NCBI GenBank assembly: GCA_038874135.1
Contig: JAVZCZ010000001.1
Location: forward strand, 736,001-800,000
Reading direction: 5' to 3'
Length of the DNA stretch: 64,000 nucleotides
Source: Candidatus Woesearchaeota archaeon
Lineage (GTDB): Archaea > Nanobdellota > Nanobdellia > Woesearchaeales > 0-14-0-80-44-23
Part shown: positions 26,834 through 39,800 of the stretch, piece by piece
Position numbering within the stretch: position 1 is the stretch's first letter
How the letters are laid out: every line of letters starts with the position of its first letter
Notes under the pieces: model-generated
Databases searched by the model: none
What the model saw: only the letters and a program-made list of their open reading frames with translations
Told to the model about the DNA's origin: nothing
Translations under genes and position numbers: made by a program

Positions 26834-29800
26834 ATAGCTCCAAATTTTTCAAACTAATAATTTTAGGGTTTATAATAGTGGTAGGTCTCCTAAGCCAGTC
26901 AAAAGCAGACAGCATCCAAGCAGTATATGGCAATACTCAACTCATACTCACAGACAAGCCGCAGTACACTTTGGGAGAAAGTGTAAAGATAAACATACTA
27001 ATCCCAACACAACTGCTTTCAGGAATGAATGTTGAAATAGATACCCCTGCTAGCAGATACCAACTTCTTGATTCAAATCTTTCAGAAGTATACTTCACTC
27101 CACAGCAAGAGGGAAACTATACTATTAAAATATCTTCAGCAGCTGGGAATTTAATATCATCAACTTCTTTTTTAGTACTAAGAAAATCTGAAGTTGAAAT
27201 TCCCTCATCAGATAGCACCAGCCCCAAATTGTCTGCAAAAAACTGGAAGGGAAATTATCAAAAAATACTAAGACAGGAATACCTACCTGCCAACAAGAAG
27301 CTTTCAATAGAATTCTCAGAACTTTCAATACAGAAGATTGATTTTTACAATGTTTCAAATCCGAATGGAGAACTGAAAATAGAAGATGTGCCTCTATCTT
27401 ATGTTGAAAACTTTTCAGGAAGAGCAGCGCGCTCATTTGCAATAGACCCAACTTTATTAGAATTTACTTATGCTGAAATTTACTTTACTGCAACTGCCAA
27501 CGAGCTGTGGAAGTGCCGCGAATACGACTTCTCAACTAGAAGCTGCGCGGGAAGATATGTAAAAATAATGGACACCATTCCGGGCAGGCAGTATATCTTA
27601 CACCTCACCAAAGAGGATCCTCTCTACACAGAAGTATGGAACAATATAACCTGCACCTGCCAGAATACAGGCCCAAATAACGGCTGGGCATACTGCGAGG
27701 TATTCTGTCCGGTCAACATTCCAATACCAACAGACGCTTTAGATGGATTCATTCAGATACTAGGCTATAATGTCACCATCACTACATCCTACCCGGCAGG
27801 CGGGTACATCACGCCTAATTCTGGAATGCACTACGGCTTCTTTGATAGGGACCAGCTGAAAAGCAACGGAAACGAATCCCTAATAGGCTATGTGGCTTAT
27901 GATGGCCCCGGAACAACCACTCAGCTCATATACAACACCAGCATGGCACCGTCTGGAGCATATGCATTTAACAGGGCAAACTGCCCGACTTGGACCTCAG
28001 GATACTGCACCTGGTATGTATTTCTCAACTCAACTGCAAAGAGCAGCAAGGTTAAAAGGCCTGTGACTGTTAATATAACTCTTAATAGCATAAACTGGAC
28101 TTGGAATTATACAACCCCTGCGCCTTCAAACATTACAATAAACCTTACAAGTCCAGCAGACAATACTGCCCTCGGATTTAGAAATGTGAATTTTTCCTAT
28201 ATTCCCATTTCAAGTTCTCCAGTTTCAAACTGCAGCCTTTTTATAAACATTACAGGTAGTTGGAATGCAGTTGCCACAAGCTACTCAATACAAAATAATT
28301 CTGTCAACAGTATAAATTATACTCTTTCTAACGATGGCGAATACCTCTGGAATATCAGGTGTTATGCTGGAGACATCAGCAGTTTTGCACTATACAACAG
28401 AACTCTAATAGTTGATACCGCACCCCCTTCAGTCACACTTCTTTCTCCTAACAATAACTCATTTTCTAACACATCTATAATCTCTTTCATTTACAATGTG
28501 AGTGACAACTTTAACATTGCTAACTGCTCATTAATACTGGACAATGTTCTAGTTGCAACTTCATACGCAGTTACTAAATATGTCCCGCAGAATATTACCT
28601 ACGCGTTATCTAATGGCGTCCACAACTGGAGCATAACTTGTTTTGACTTTGCAGGCAATTTTAACATTTCCGAAAGTAGGATCATAAATATATCCGCAGT
28701 ACCTACCATCTGGGACAGAAGGTGGTATGAAACTTCAACATCAGATTATACCTCTACAGCAAACATTTCTCTCGCAAATTTAAGGGACTCAACAGAAAAT
28801 TCCATATCCGTTTCAGTTCCAGTTTCAACATCTTACACCCTTGTAGATGCGATTTCTCCATACATTGGAAGCAACGGGGCATTCGTTCCCAAAGGCACAA
28901 ATGTATCTTTCAGCGGAGAATTCTCTACCAGCCCAAATGCAAAGGGAGTTATAAGCTGGTTCTTATACCAGACTGAGGGTTCAACAAAAAACCTTCTCTG
29001 TAATTACGGAAATGGCGGCTCGCTAGGCGCACCCATCTCATCAACAACAACTGCAAGCTGCACTATACAAAATGACACTCTAATGCTCCCAACAAATAGA
29101 TTACAACTTATTATAATCTACTATAACAATTTCAAAAATTTAGTGTCTGTAACCCACTATTGGGATGGCACTAGGCTCTCGTTCGTTGAATTTTCAAACT
29201 TTACTACCTTAGGAACATTAAGCGTTGACCTCTCCTATCCAGACACGGATATAACAGTGGGCCAGAACGAACTGTTCAATATGAGCTGCACAGTTAACTG
29301 CTCAGGAGGAAGCTGTCTTAACACACTCGTCTATGCACAGTATAACACGAGCTCAACGGCATTCACCAACATAGGAAGCTCCGGAAATCTCATTCTTAAC
29401 ACTGGAGAGACAAATCCCCATTCTCTCGGGAATATCAACCAGAGCTACACTACAACATTCTTAATAAAAGGAAACCTTGCATCAACAAACAACATAAGAT
29501 GCGTAGCAGTTTCAAACTATTCAAACGCTACAGGCCAGATTATAAGAAGGGTAGTTGTGGGGGACACTACGCCTCCAACAGTAAGTCTTGGAAATCCAGC
29601 AAACTTTTCTTGGCTGAAGAGTAAAACAGTAACAATCTATTACACGCCCTCAGACAACAGCGGAATTACTAACTGTTCAATATACTTGAATGATATTTTG
29701 AATTATACTCTTAATTCAGTTCCGAACGGGATTGAGCAGAACTTCACATTCCATAATCTTTCAGACGGACTTTACAATTGGACTGTAGCATGTACTGACA

Positions 29801-32800
29801 ATTCGGCACTAACTACCAGGGCAGCTGAAAAATGGTTCTATATAGACACACAGAATCCCTCAGTAGAATTGCACCAGCCGGAAAACTTCATAGTTCTAGG
29901 AAGCAGCCTTGTGTTGTTCAACTTCACTGCATATGACGAAATGGCTTTCAACCTATCATGTAACCTGACAGCTGATAATATAATCAGAATTTCCGGCATA
30001 AACTCTCTAAACAGTACACCTACAATAGTTAATTACACCCTTTCTATGGGGCAGCACTACTGGAATGTCACCTGTAGAGACCTTGCAGGAAACATTAACA
30101 CGAGCGAGACTAGAACATTTAATATAACAAACACTCCTCCTGAAGTTACCCTCATCTCCCCTCCTAACAACTACTGGGATAGAATAGGCAACATAACATT
30201 CATATTTAATGCCACAGACACAGGCCTAATTTCAAACTGCTCACTAATAATAAATGGCCAGCTGAACCAGACTAAAAATTCAACTTTCTTAACTAACGGC
30301 ATAAACAACTTTACTATTCTAAATATGGAATCGGGAGTTTATCTTTGGGAAGTAAACTGTACTGATGAGGGAAACCTGAGCACAATAGCAGGACCTTTCA
30401 CGCTAAATGTTGATAAGAGCGTACCTTCTGTTCAGCTCGTATTCCCATCAAACTACTACAACTCCTCAGCTTCCTCTATTGTTCTGCAATTCATAACTAC
30501 AGATGCTCATTCAGCAAACCTCTCCTGCAACTTAACAATTGATGGCATTCTAAATTCAACAGACATAATAGCCCAAAATAATAGTTTAGTCTCACAGCCC
30601 ATAACCTTCTATGATGGAATTCACAATTGGAGTGTCTCCTGCTCTGATCTTGCTGGAAACCTGAATTCTACAAACACCTGGTATTTCAACATTTCAGAAA
30701 AACCTTCAGTATCGCTAAGCAGTCCTGCACCTAACGCCTGGACTAATGGTAATGTCACTTTCACATTTACAGCGTCTGACAATGACGGGCTTTACAACTG
30801 CTCTTTATTAATAAATGGAGCAGTCTATCAAACAAAGAATTCATCGCAACTTACAAATGGCGGACAGAACAACTTCACTGTAACAAATTTGCTTGAAGGA
30901 ATAAACCAGCAGTGGACAGTAATCTGCTTTGATTTGGGAATATACAAGAACTTCTACTCACCATCTACAAGAATATTCCATGTGGATAAAACGCCTCCAG
31001 CAATAACTCTTAACTACCCTGCTGATTCAGCTCAGATAAAACAGAAGAATGTCAGCTTTAATTTCAGCGCCTCAGATAACTTCGCTTCTAACCTCTATTG
31101 CAACCTGTCCATAAACGGCCAGATTAACACTTCTGAAATAGCTGTTCAGTCAGGAAGTTCAGTTATCGTGAATGTTTCAGGATTTCCTAACGGTTTATAC
31201 TACTGGAATGTCTCCTGTAGGGATTATGCTTACAATGTGAACTGGAGCGAGACAAATTCTTTTAATGTTTCAGTTCCTCCAGAGGTGTTTTTAGAATACC
31301 CCCTTGAAGGGCAGTGGGACAATTCTGAGAATGTAACATTTTATTACTTAGTAACATCAAATGCAGAGTTACAGTCATGTTCTCTCATAATTAACGGGCA
31401 GTTAAATCAGACTGACAATTCTCCAGTTAGTTCAGCATACAACAATTTTACCATTTTCCTAATGCCTGAAGGCTATTACACTTGGATGGTAAACTGCACT
31501 GATTCATATTGGCTAACCGGTTCTTCAAATTTGAGGAACCTCACCATTGACAGACAAGCTCCTTGGATAGTGCTAAATTCTCCTTCTAATTCTTCAATTG
31601 TTGACTCTAACTATGTAACATTTAACTGGACTGCTTTTGACATGATGGCAGATAATATAAGCTGTGACCTATACGTAGATGATTATTTAAGAGAATCAGA
31701 AATATATTCTAAAAATGGAACACCTACCACTAGAACATACATATACTCTGACGGCACCTACTATTGGAATGTTTCATGTCGCGACCCTGCCTATAACATT
31801 AATTGGAGCCAAACTTATAATTTCACTGTTGAGGCACCTCCAAATGTCACTCTCATAAGTCCTTCTAACTATAACTGGAGCACCGCTTATAGTATAACTT
31901 TTGCTTACTTACCTCAAGACCCAATAGGGATAAGACAATGCACACTCTACTTTGATGGAAGCCCTAATCAGACTGATTACGACATAGAAGCTAACCAGCT
32001 GAATTATTTCACTATAAATCCTATAAGTGAGGGAGTTCATACTTGGAGTGTTAACTGCACTGATTCAGATTGGAATACTTACATGCCGCCAGCCTTTACT
32101 CTTTATATTGACCGCACCCCGCCAACAATTGTTATAGAATCTCCTGTCAACCTGTCTGTTTTTTCAATTCCAGATGTAACCTTCAACTTTACTGCGATTG
32201 ACATGTTATCAGATAATATTTCGTGCAAAATAACTATAAATGGTAATTTGAACAGAACTATAACAGTACAGAATGATACTCCTTACAATTTCACGATTGT
32301 AAAAATGTCAGATAATATCTATTATTGGAATGTGTCCTGCTCAGATTTAGCCGGAAATGCAAATGCTAGCAACACCATGCAGTTTACTGTAAGCGCTATT
32401 CCTTCAATAATTCCCATATCGCCTGCCAACTTAAGTTGGAGTGAAGTATCACAGATAACATTTTACTTTAATGCAACCGACAACGATGGGCTTTCTAATT
32501 GCACTTTACTAATTAATGGTGTAGCAAATCAGACAAAATCTTCAGGTTTAATAAATGGTGGCATAAACAATATCACTTCTACTCTTACTGAAGGAGAATA
32601 TGATTGGAGTATCGCTTGTACAGATTCGGGCATATTCTATAATCTCAACTTGTCCGCTCCTCAAAAGATTTTTGTTGATCTAAATTCCCCGCTGATTGTT
32701 CTTTACGCCCCTCTCAGCGGTAGCATTACTGAAAATAATTCTCCAGTTCTAAATTTTACTGCTTCAGACACGATGTACCCAATTATGTATTGCAACATTA

Positions 32801-33870
32801 CTCTTGACGGAAAATTGAAACAATCTTATATTGAATTATATAACAACACACCTTATGCAGAAGCTACCTATAATTTATCTGCAGGAACTCATTACTGGAA
32901 TGTTAGCTGCTGGGACTATGTAAACCATACGGGCTTTAGCGAAACCTGGAACTTTACAGTTCCACTGCCAGACATCACAGTTTCAGCAATTGAATTCATT
33001 TATAATACCACAAACCCAGAAGAAGGCAAACAGCTGATGATAAATGCAACTGTAGAAAATTTAGGGAAGTCCAATGCAAACAATTTCTTAGTGCAATTCT
33101 TTGACGGAAATCCCGAAGATGGGGGAATTCAGATTGGAAACAATATAACAATGAGTTTACAGCCGCTATCTGCTTCATACGCAATTATGAATTGGACTGC
33201 CTCCTTGGGAACTCACAATATATTCGTGCTAGTAGATCCTCCAATAGCAACCAATGGAACGGTACAAGAAGAAAATGAGAGTAACAACATAGCTAATAAA
33301 ACAATACTCATACAAAGTTGGCATTTCATCTACGGTAACCTTAGCGGAGAATTAGGACTTAGCAGCCAGCTCTATTCGCTGTTATTCCTCTGGAATGTTA
33401 GCGACGCCAACAATAGTAATATATTTGCAGTTGACTCTGACAGCAATATTGATTGGGGAAGTCTAAAACCATTAGGATTGGATGTGAATAATCAAGCATC
33501 TCCCTACGACTTTTCAGTTCTAGACCAAAAACTAGGTATGTCAAATTATGAAGATTCAATAAACTCAACTTACACCGAGGGAGAATCTCCCAAAATGACA
33601 GAAACATTTACAATATACGGAAAGCAGATAGAAAATGTTCCGGTAGCATATTCAATTAACAGCTCCAATTTTAAAACAGGAATACTGTGGGACACTTCCG
33701 ATGGGAACACATACTTTAACGGAACTCAGGATGTAGTTTTTGTAACTAAAACCAATATGAACGCACAGGGCAGTTTTGATCAGACAGACTACGAAATGCG
33801 CATCCCATCTAACTTGAAAAATTATATTGGCTCAAATCCAACAGTAGCATTATACTTAGAGATAAGATGA
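26830..33870 (+). CDS. Giant secreted Ig-repeat surface protein/adhesin (2346 aa) with CARDB-like and C-terminal family-A domain
   Basis: Signal peptide; more than 10 units of ~95 aa with P.N..F..D..NCSL.I.G..W.V.C.D..GN; PDITV..N.G..VDP..EENESNN; very many NxS/T sequons; no C-terminal TM. Confidence 0.85.
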   Translation: MNSSKFFKLIILGFIIVVGLLSQSKADSIQAVYGNTQLILTDKPQYTLGESVKINILIPTQLLSGMNVEIDTPASRYQLLDSNLSEVYFTPQQEGNYTIKISSAAGNLISSTSFLVLRKSEVEIPSSDSTSPKLSAKNWKGNYQKILRQEYLPANKKLSIEFSELSIQKIDFYNVSNPNGELKIEDVPLSYVENFSGRAARSFAIDPTLLEFTYAEIYFTATANELWKCREYDFSTRSCAGRYVKIMDTIPGRQYILHLTKEDPLYTEVWNNITCTCQNTGPNNGWAYCEVFCPVNIPIPTDALDGFIQILGYNVTITTSYPAGGYITPNSGMHYGFFDRDQLKSNGNESLIGYVAYDGPGTTTQLIYNTSMAPSGAYAFNRANCPTWTSGYCTWYVFLNSTAKSSKVKRPVTVNITLNSINWTWNYTTPAPSNITINLTSPADNTALGFRNVNFSYIPISSSPVSNCSLFINITGSWNAVATSYSIQNNSVNSINYTLSNDGEYLWNIRCYAGDISSFALYNRTLIVDTAPPSVTLLSPNNNSFSNTSIISFIYNVSDNFNIANCSLILDNVLVATSYAVTKYVPQNITYALSNGVHNWSITCFDFAGNFNISESRIINISAVPTIWDRRWYETSTSDYTSTANISLANLRDSTENSISVSVPVSTSYTLVDAISPYIGSNGAFVPKGTNVSFSGEFSTSPNAKGVISWFLYQTEGSTKNLLCNYGNGGSLGAPISSTTTASCTIQNDTLMLPTNRLQLIIIYYNNFKNLVSVTHYWDGTRLSFVEFSNFTTLGTLSVDLSYPDTDITVGQNELFNMSCTVNCSGGSCLNTLVYAQYNTSSTAFTNIGSSGNLILNTGETNPHSLGNINQSYTTTFLIKGNLASTNNIRCVAVSNYSNATGQIIRRVVVGDTTPPTVSLGNPANFSWLKSKTVTIYYTPSDNSGITNCSIYLNDILNYTLNSVPNGIEQNFTFHNLSDGLYNWTVACTDNSALTTRAAEKWFYIDTQNPSVELHQPENFIVLGSSLVLFNFTAYDEMAFNLSCNLTADNIIRISGINSLNSTPTIVNYTLSMGQHYWNVTCRDLAGNINTSETRTFNITNTPPEVTLISPPNNYWDRIGNITFIFNATDTGLISNCSLIINGQLNQTKNSTFLTNGINNFTILNMESGVYLWEVNCTDEGNLSTIAGPFTLNVDKSVPSVQLVFPSNYYNSSASSIVLQFITTDAHSANLSCNLTIDGILNSTDIIAQNNSLVSQPITFYDGIHNWSVSCSDLAGNLNSTNTWYFNISEKPSVSLSSPAPNAWTNGNVTFTFTASDNDGLYNCSLLINGAVYQTKNSSQLTNGGQNNFTVTNLLEGINQQWTVICFDLGIYKNFYSPSTRIFHVDKTPPAITLNYPADSAQIKQKNVSFNFSASDNFASNLYCNLSINGQINTSEIAVQSGSSVIVNVSGFPNGLYYWNVSCRDYAYNVNWSETNSFNVSVPPEVFLEYPLEGQWDNSENVTFYYLVTSNAELQSCSLIINGQLNQTDNSPVSSAYNNFTIFLMPEGYYTWMVNCTDSYWLTGSSNLRNLTIDRQAPWIVLNSPSNSSIVDSNYVTFNWTAFDMMADNISCDLYVDDYLRESEIYSKNGTPTTRTYIYSDGTYYWNVSCRDPAYNINWSQTYNFTVEAPPNVTLISPSNYNWSTAYSITFAYLPQDPIGIRQCTLYFDGSPNQTDYDIEANQLNYFTINPISEGVHTWSVNCTDSDWNTYMPPAFTLYIDRTPPTIVIESPVNLSVFSIPDVTFNFTAIDMLSDNISCKITINGNLNRTITVQNDTPYNFTIVKMSDNIYYWNVSCSDLAGNANASNTMQFTVSAIPSIIPISPANLSWSEVSQITFYFNATDNDGLSNCTLLINGVANQTKSSGLINGGINNITSTLTEGEYDWSIACTDSGIFYNLNLSAPQKIFVDLNSPLIVLYAPLSGSITENNSPVLNFTASDTMYPIMYCNITLDGKLKQSYIELYNNTPYAEATYNLSAGTHYWNVSCWDYVNHTGFSETWNFTVPLPDITVSAIEFIYNTTNPEEGKQLMINATVENLGKSNANNFLVQFFDGNPEDGGIQIGNNITMSLQPLSASYAIMNWTASLGTHNIFVLVDPPIATNGTVQEENESNNIANKTILIQSWHFIYGNLSGELGLSSQLYSLLFLWNVSDANNSNIFAVDSDSNIDWGSLKPLGLDVNNQASPYDFSVLDQKLGMSNYEDSINSTYTEGESPKMTETFTIYGKQIENVPVAYSINSSNFKTGILWDTSDGNTYFNGTQDVVFVTKTNMNAQGSFDQTDYEMRIPSNLKNYIGSNPTVALYLEIR

Positions 33871-36800
33871 AACGCAGCATAACTTTTGGAATAATTTTTC
33901 TACTTTTAATAGCATTATCTCTAAAAATTTCCAGTGCGAGCTGTCCGGAAATAATACTTTCATCCAACACCACTATAAAAGATGTAGATATAAAAATAAA
34001 AGTTTCAGGGCAGACACAAGAGTCAGAATTAGTGATAAGAACGCCTTCAGGTCCGTATCGTCTTTTAGGAGATATTCCTTCCCTTACAAGCTTTACTCCA
34101 AAAGATGTAGGTAACTACTCTGTTGAAGTTTGGCAGGACAAAGTGCTGTGTGACATAAAAAATTTTACCGCACTACCTCACAATAACTCGACACTATTCC
34201 TTCCGCCAATACTTTCCACAGATAAAAAAGAATACCACTTAGGTGAAGCTGTTAGAATTTCACTCTCACCAGAATATTACGGTTACTCAATTGAAGGTTT
34301 AAATTTAAAACTGTTGACAGGACAGCAATCCTACTCTCTCTTAGGGGAAATATCTGAGGATATAGAATTCCGACCTGTTTTTGAGGGTAACTATACAATT
34401 CTCTTATTAGACTCCATTGGAAATACTCTTGCTTCTGAAAGCTTTTCCGTCTACGCTTTGAATAGTTACTTTGTTAATAACTTATCTATTAAAAAACGAT
34501 TTTCGGACAAATTTGAATACAACATCAGCACTAATTCAGAAGACATGATTGTTGAATTCTCAAACTCCTTCATTAAAAGACTAAACCTAAAGAAACTATC
34601 TTCAAGTAATCTGGCGATAGTTAGGATTTCAGAGTTACTGCCGGAAGAGAGGAGCCGTCTGAATATTCCTACAATTGGAGGTGAAATTAAAGAATCTTTT
34701 GAATTAGATCCTTCCGCCCTAAACTTTTCAGAAGGTGAACTAACAATTGTCCCTTCAGGAAATGAGCTGTGGAAGTGCACTGATTGGAATTATGATGCTC
34801 AGTATTGTGTCGGAAGTTGGATCAAGCAGCAGAATCTTGTTCCCGGTGTTGAAAATGTAATTAAGTTTAACCTTTCCGATCCAGGATATGCTATTGTTGC
34901 AACTGCTAACATAACTTCAATAGCAGCAGCAACCCTCTCTGAAAACTCTTTTGTAGTAGCATATTGCGATGATACAAATGATAGAACTGCTTTCAAGGTT
35001 TTCTGGGCTAATGGGAGTGTAAGAACTAATGAGGTGATAGTTGATTCAACTACTGGAAATTGTGGTTACACCTCAGTTTCTGTTTCAGCACTTACCAACA
35101 ACTCTTTTGTTATCGGATGGATTGATACTGCCAGCAGTTATGCCAGCTTCGCTGTTTATGATGCCTCTGGAAATGTTATTACTCCAAGGGTGGATGTGGA
35201 TACTACTGCTGGTACTTCCCGTTCTGTGAGTGTGTCTGCTTTTAATAGTTCTGCTTTTGTTTTTGGTTGGTATGATCAGGCTTCTGCTTATGCTTCTTTT
35301 AGGACTTTTAGTTCTTCTGGTGTGGCTATTTCTTCTGTTGTTAATGTGGATACTACTGCTGGTACTTGTAATGCTGTTTCTGTTTCTGCGGTTAATTCTT
35401 CTGCTTTTGTTTTTGGCTGGTATGATCAGGCTTCTTCTGATATGACTTTTCGTACTTATACTTCTTCTGGCGTTGCGATTTCTGCCGTGACTGATGTGAA
35501 TACTAAGGTGGGTACTGGTTCTTTTTCTGTTTCTGTTGCTGCTTATAATTCTAGTGCTTTTGTTATTGTTTGGTATGATCAGAGGCTGGGTTATGTTAGT
35601 TTTCGTCAGTATTCTGTTGCTGGTGTTCAGATTGGGAGTCAGGTTAATCCGGATACTGCTGTTGGGACTACTGCTTCTGGTGTTTTTGTTTCTTCTGTTG
35701 GTGTGAATTCTAGTGTTTTTGCTGTGGGTTGGAATGATTTGACTACTGATGTTGTTAGTTCTGTGAGGACTTATAGTGGTGCTGGTGCTGCTGTTTCTTC
35801 TGAGGTGGTTGTGCAGGCTAATGCTTTGAAGTATAATGCTCTTGCCGGCTACTACCCTGCTACAGGCATAGGTTTCTGCAATGGAAACTTTGTAGCAATA
35901 ATTGTTAATACTTCTTCGCAGGCATTTTTTAAAGCATACATGCCTAATGGAAGCGAATGGGACGGAAACTGTCCTGATGTTATACCGCCTCAAGTTGTTC
36001 TGAATAGTCCTCAGCAAGCCGCTGTCTTCTATAGTGATACTGTGGATTTTAATTTTACAGTAACCGACAATGTAGATTTAGTAATTCCAAACTGTACCCT
36101 TTGGATAAACACTTCATCAACATTCTCTCCAAACATAACAATTTACAATATAACCTCTAATAAGATGAACAACATAACTCTATCTCAAATTCCAGACAAC
36201 AAATACATTTGGAATGTCAGGTGTTATGACAATGCAGGCAACTCAGCATTTGCTTCTTCAAATTTTTCATTATTTATCAACAAGAATCCACCTCAAATCT
36301 TGAACCCCCTCCTGAATGAAAGTACAGTAAATCAGAGCCATTCAGTAAAGTTTAATGTCTCAATAACCGATTCATATGGTATAGACTCTGCATATATAAC
36401 TATGATGTACCCAAACGGTTCATCAAATAATTATTATCTTAATAGAAGTGGGAATGAATTTTACTTCATAATTAATAATACAATCCAGATAGGAACATAT
36501 TCTGTGATATATGTGTGGGCTAATGATACCCTCGGACAAAACTCTTCTCTAACCCTTTCAGATCTCCAGTTTAATGTCACGCCTTCACCACCTGCTCAAT
36601 TCAACCTTTTAAGTCCCCCGAATGCAACAGAGTCAACAAACCTGCGACCAAACTTGACTTGGGAGACATCTTACGATGAGACATTCCTTAATTATACTAT
36701 TCAGATTTCTCAGGATGAAAACTTCGCAACAGTACTCTTTACATATTATAATCCGGGTGTTTATAATACTTCAAGAGTGCTGGATTATGCCCTAGAAGCG

Positions 36801-39800
36801 AATAAGAAATATTACTGGCAAGTTATTGCATACGACACCTTTGGCAATTATAAATATTCAACAAATTACTTCTCATACATAACTGACACTTTGGCACCTT
36901 CCATCGTGCTAAATATGCCGGGAAATCTTTCATTCATAAATTCTACACAAGTCAACTTTACATTTACACCTTCAGATGCTAACACGATATCAAGATGTAC
37001 TCTCTACCTAAATGTCACAGGAGCATTCCTCCCTAACACAAGTATAACTCAAGTTGTTAAAGACACTCCAAATTTAATACAAGCTGAAATTAAAGATGAG
37101 GGCGCCCACTTGTGGAATATCCTGTGTAATGATAGCGCAGGAAATTCTGCGTTTGCTCCTCAGAACTTCACCTTTATTTCAGATCTTAACCCGCCCTCAA
37201 TACAACTATTAAGTCCTCCCAACGGCAGTACATACAACATTTCCAATTTTGTAAATTTCACTATAAATGCATCTGATAGGATATCCGCAGTATACCGCTG
37301 CACACTCATAATAAATGGACAGCCCGTTCTTACTTCTTATTCTGTGCAGGACGGAGTGCCATACACATTTCAGTATTTCTTGCTGAATGGAAATTACTCC
37401 TGGCAGGCAGAATGTTACGACTTAAACGGTCATTCAAACCTTTCTTATTCCTACAACATTTCAGTTTTAGTTATTGATTCAGTACCTCCAATCGTAACCT
37501 TAACTAGCCCCGCACAGGACCAATACCTTTCCAGTAAAACAGTACTATTCAATTATACTCCGCAAGACGCTACTGGAATAAAGAACTGCACCCTATTTAT
37601 TGATGGCAATGAAAACGAAACTGACTTTTCTGTTAGGAACTTGGAACCAAACTACTTCTTATTAGAATACTTAGAGGACGGGGTTCATAACTGGACTGTG
37701 CTCTGCTTTGACAATAGCAGCCAGCAGAACAGCTACGCACCCACCCCTGTAAGGTTCTCAATAGATACAACTCCGCCATCAGTAATTCTTATCTCTCCAG
37801 AAGATGGAGTTCTTACTAATAATTCTCTAGTCACCTTTGTATACGCACCATCAGATGCAAATCTTGAAAATTGCTCCCTCTACACTAATTCTTCTAGCGA
37901 GTGGATGATGGAATCAACAGACTTCTACCCAATTAATAATCAGCAGAATGTTTTTCAAAAATCAGTTGCGGATGGAGTTCTCGTTTGGAATGTTGTTTGT
38001 TATGATAAGGGCGGGCTCTCCAGCTTTGCTGACTTTAACCGAACATTGAATGTTGATACAACTCCGCCGCGATACGCCAATATAACTCTGATCCCGACAA
38101 GCCCAACTGAATATTCACCTTATGGGGAGTATTACTTTAATATAACATGGATTGATGATTTTAATTTGTCATCTGTATATTTTGAGAGCAACTTTTCAGG
38201 AACCTTTGAGAATGAGAGTCCCAACCACTTTGAAAACATTTACTATGTTCACAAGACAGGTCTTAACTCAGGAACATACCAGATTAGGTGGTACGCTACT
38301 GATTCGGCAAAAAATCAGAACGAAACCCCGGCAATTCAGTATGATATAACTAAAGCAGAGCCTAACCTTACTTTAAAAATAAACAATTATTCTTATAATT
38401 TGACTGTTGAGGAAGATAGCATAGTTAATATCTCAGCAGAGCTCTTAGAGCCACCCGGAGCATACCTCTCTATTTATATTAACAATAATCTCATTACTAA
38501 CGGAACTTCTCCTATTTATACTACTTACAACTTTACAGAGCCTGGATCTTATAATGTTACTGCGAGCTTTGAAGGAAGCCAAAACTACCTTTCAGCATTC
38601 AGAACAATAATTGTAAATGTCTCAGACACTACACCCCCAATTATAGTTCCCATCTTCCCGCAGAATAACTCATTCATAGGGGAAAATCACATTGTATTTT
38701 CTTACAATGTAACTGACAGCAGCCAAATTGCCAACTGTTCTTTATTCATAAATAGAACATTAAACCAGAGCAATACCAGCATACAGAATGGAATAAACTA
38801 CTTTGAAGTTGACTTTCAAGATGGCAACTACTCCTGGCACCTCTCCTGTTATGACGAGTTTTCAAACTATGCTGAAAGCCCGGAGATATACTTCACTTCA
38901 ATAAGGTCAGATAAAATAATTGCTTCAGCACATCCTCAACAGCCGCAGTACCAAAAGGGTGAAACGGCAATACTTATAGGAAATACTACGAGCATCTTCG
39001 GAACACCATTAGATACAAATATTTATGCTAATGTAATAAGAGGCAATACTACGATAGAATGGTGGAACACTTCATTCAAATACAGAAGGCCTATATTTAT
39101 AAATAACTCAATGAACGCTTCAACATACTTGCAGGCGCTAATCAACATTTCAAACCTTAGCGCTTCAATTTCTAACTGTTCTGAACTCAGAATTGTAATG
39201 AACAACTCTTTTGAGCACACCCTAATCCCCTCAGAAGTACTCTTAGAAGAGGGAAATGCTTCGTGCCTGCTAAGATTTAATGCGAATGCTTCTGCACTCG
39301 CCACGAATGAGAACAACTACTATGTATATTACGGAAACTCAGGAGCAGGAGCCCAGCAGCAGCTTCCAGAACTTGCAGGCATATCAGTACAGCGTAAGTC
39401 TGTTGTGGGAACTACAACTTCAATCACTGATACGATGAGTGAGGTGAATACTTCAAGAGCGTTCCTGCTTTTCAGCGCCAATGTCGCCAGCTCAACTCCT
39501 GCAGTTTGGGAAATAACGGGAAGAATATTATCCTCAACGCAGGTAGTGTTTGAAAGATACTCGGGAACCACATCTGCAAATATATCCTGGCAGGTTATAG
39601 AAGGCTCAGAGATTAATGTGCAGAGGGGAACCGCATCATTTGGAGCTACACAATCAAATACTACAATACTTATAGATAGTGTTAATCTAAACGAGTCTTT
39701 CATAATAATAACCGGAAGGACCAGCAGCACCACAGCAGGGAATGCAAACATGGGCTTCTTTAGGGCAATGTTCCTTAACTCTACTGCAATTTATATTGAA

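Noticed and set aside
35187-35842. CRISPR array suggested by periodic repeats
   Set aside because: The period is ~150 nt, in frame and protein-coding; no constant repeat/unique spacer structure and no cas genes
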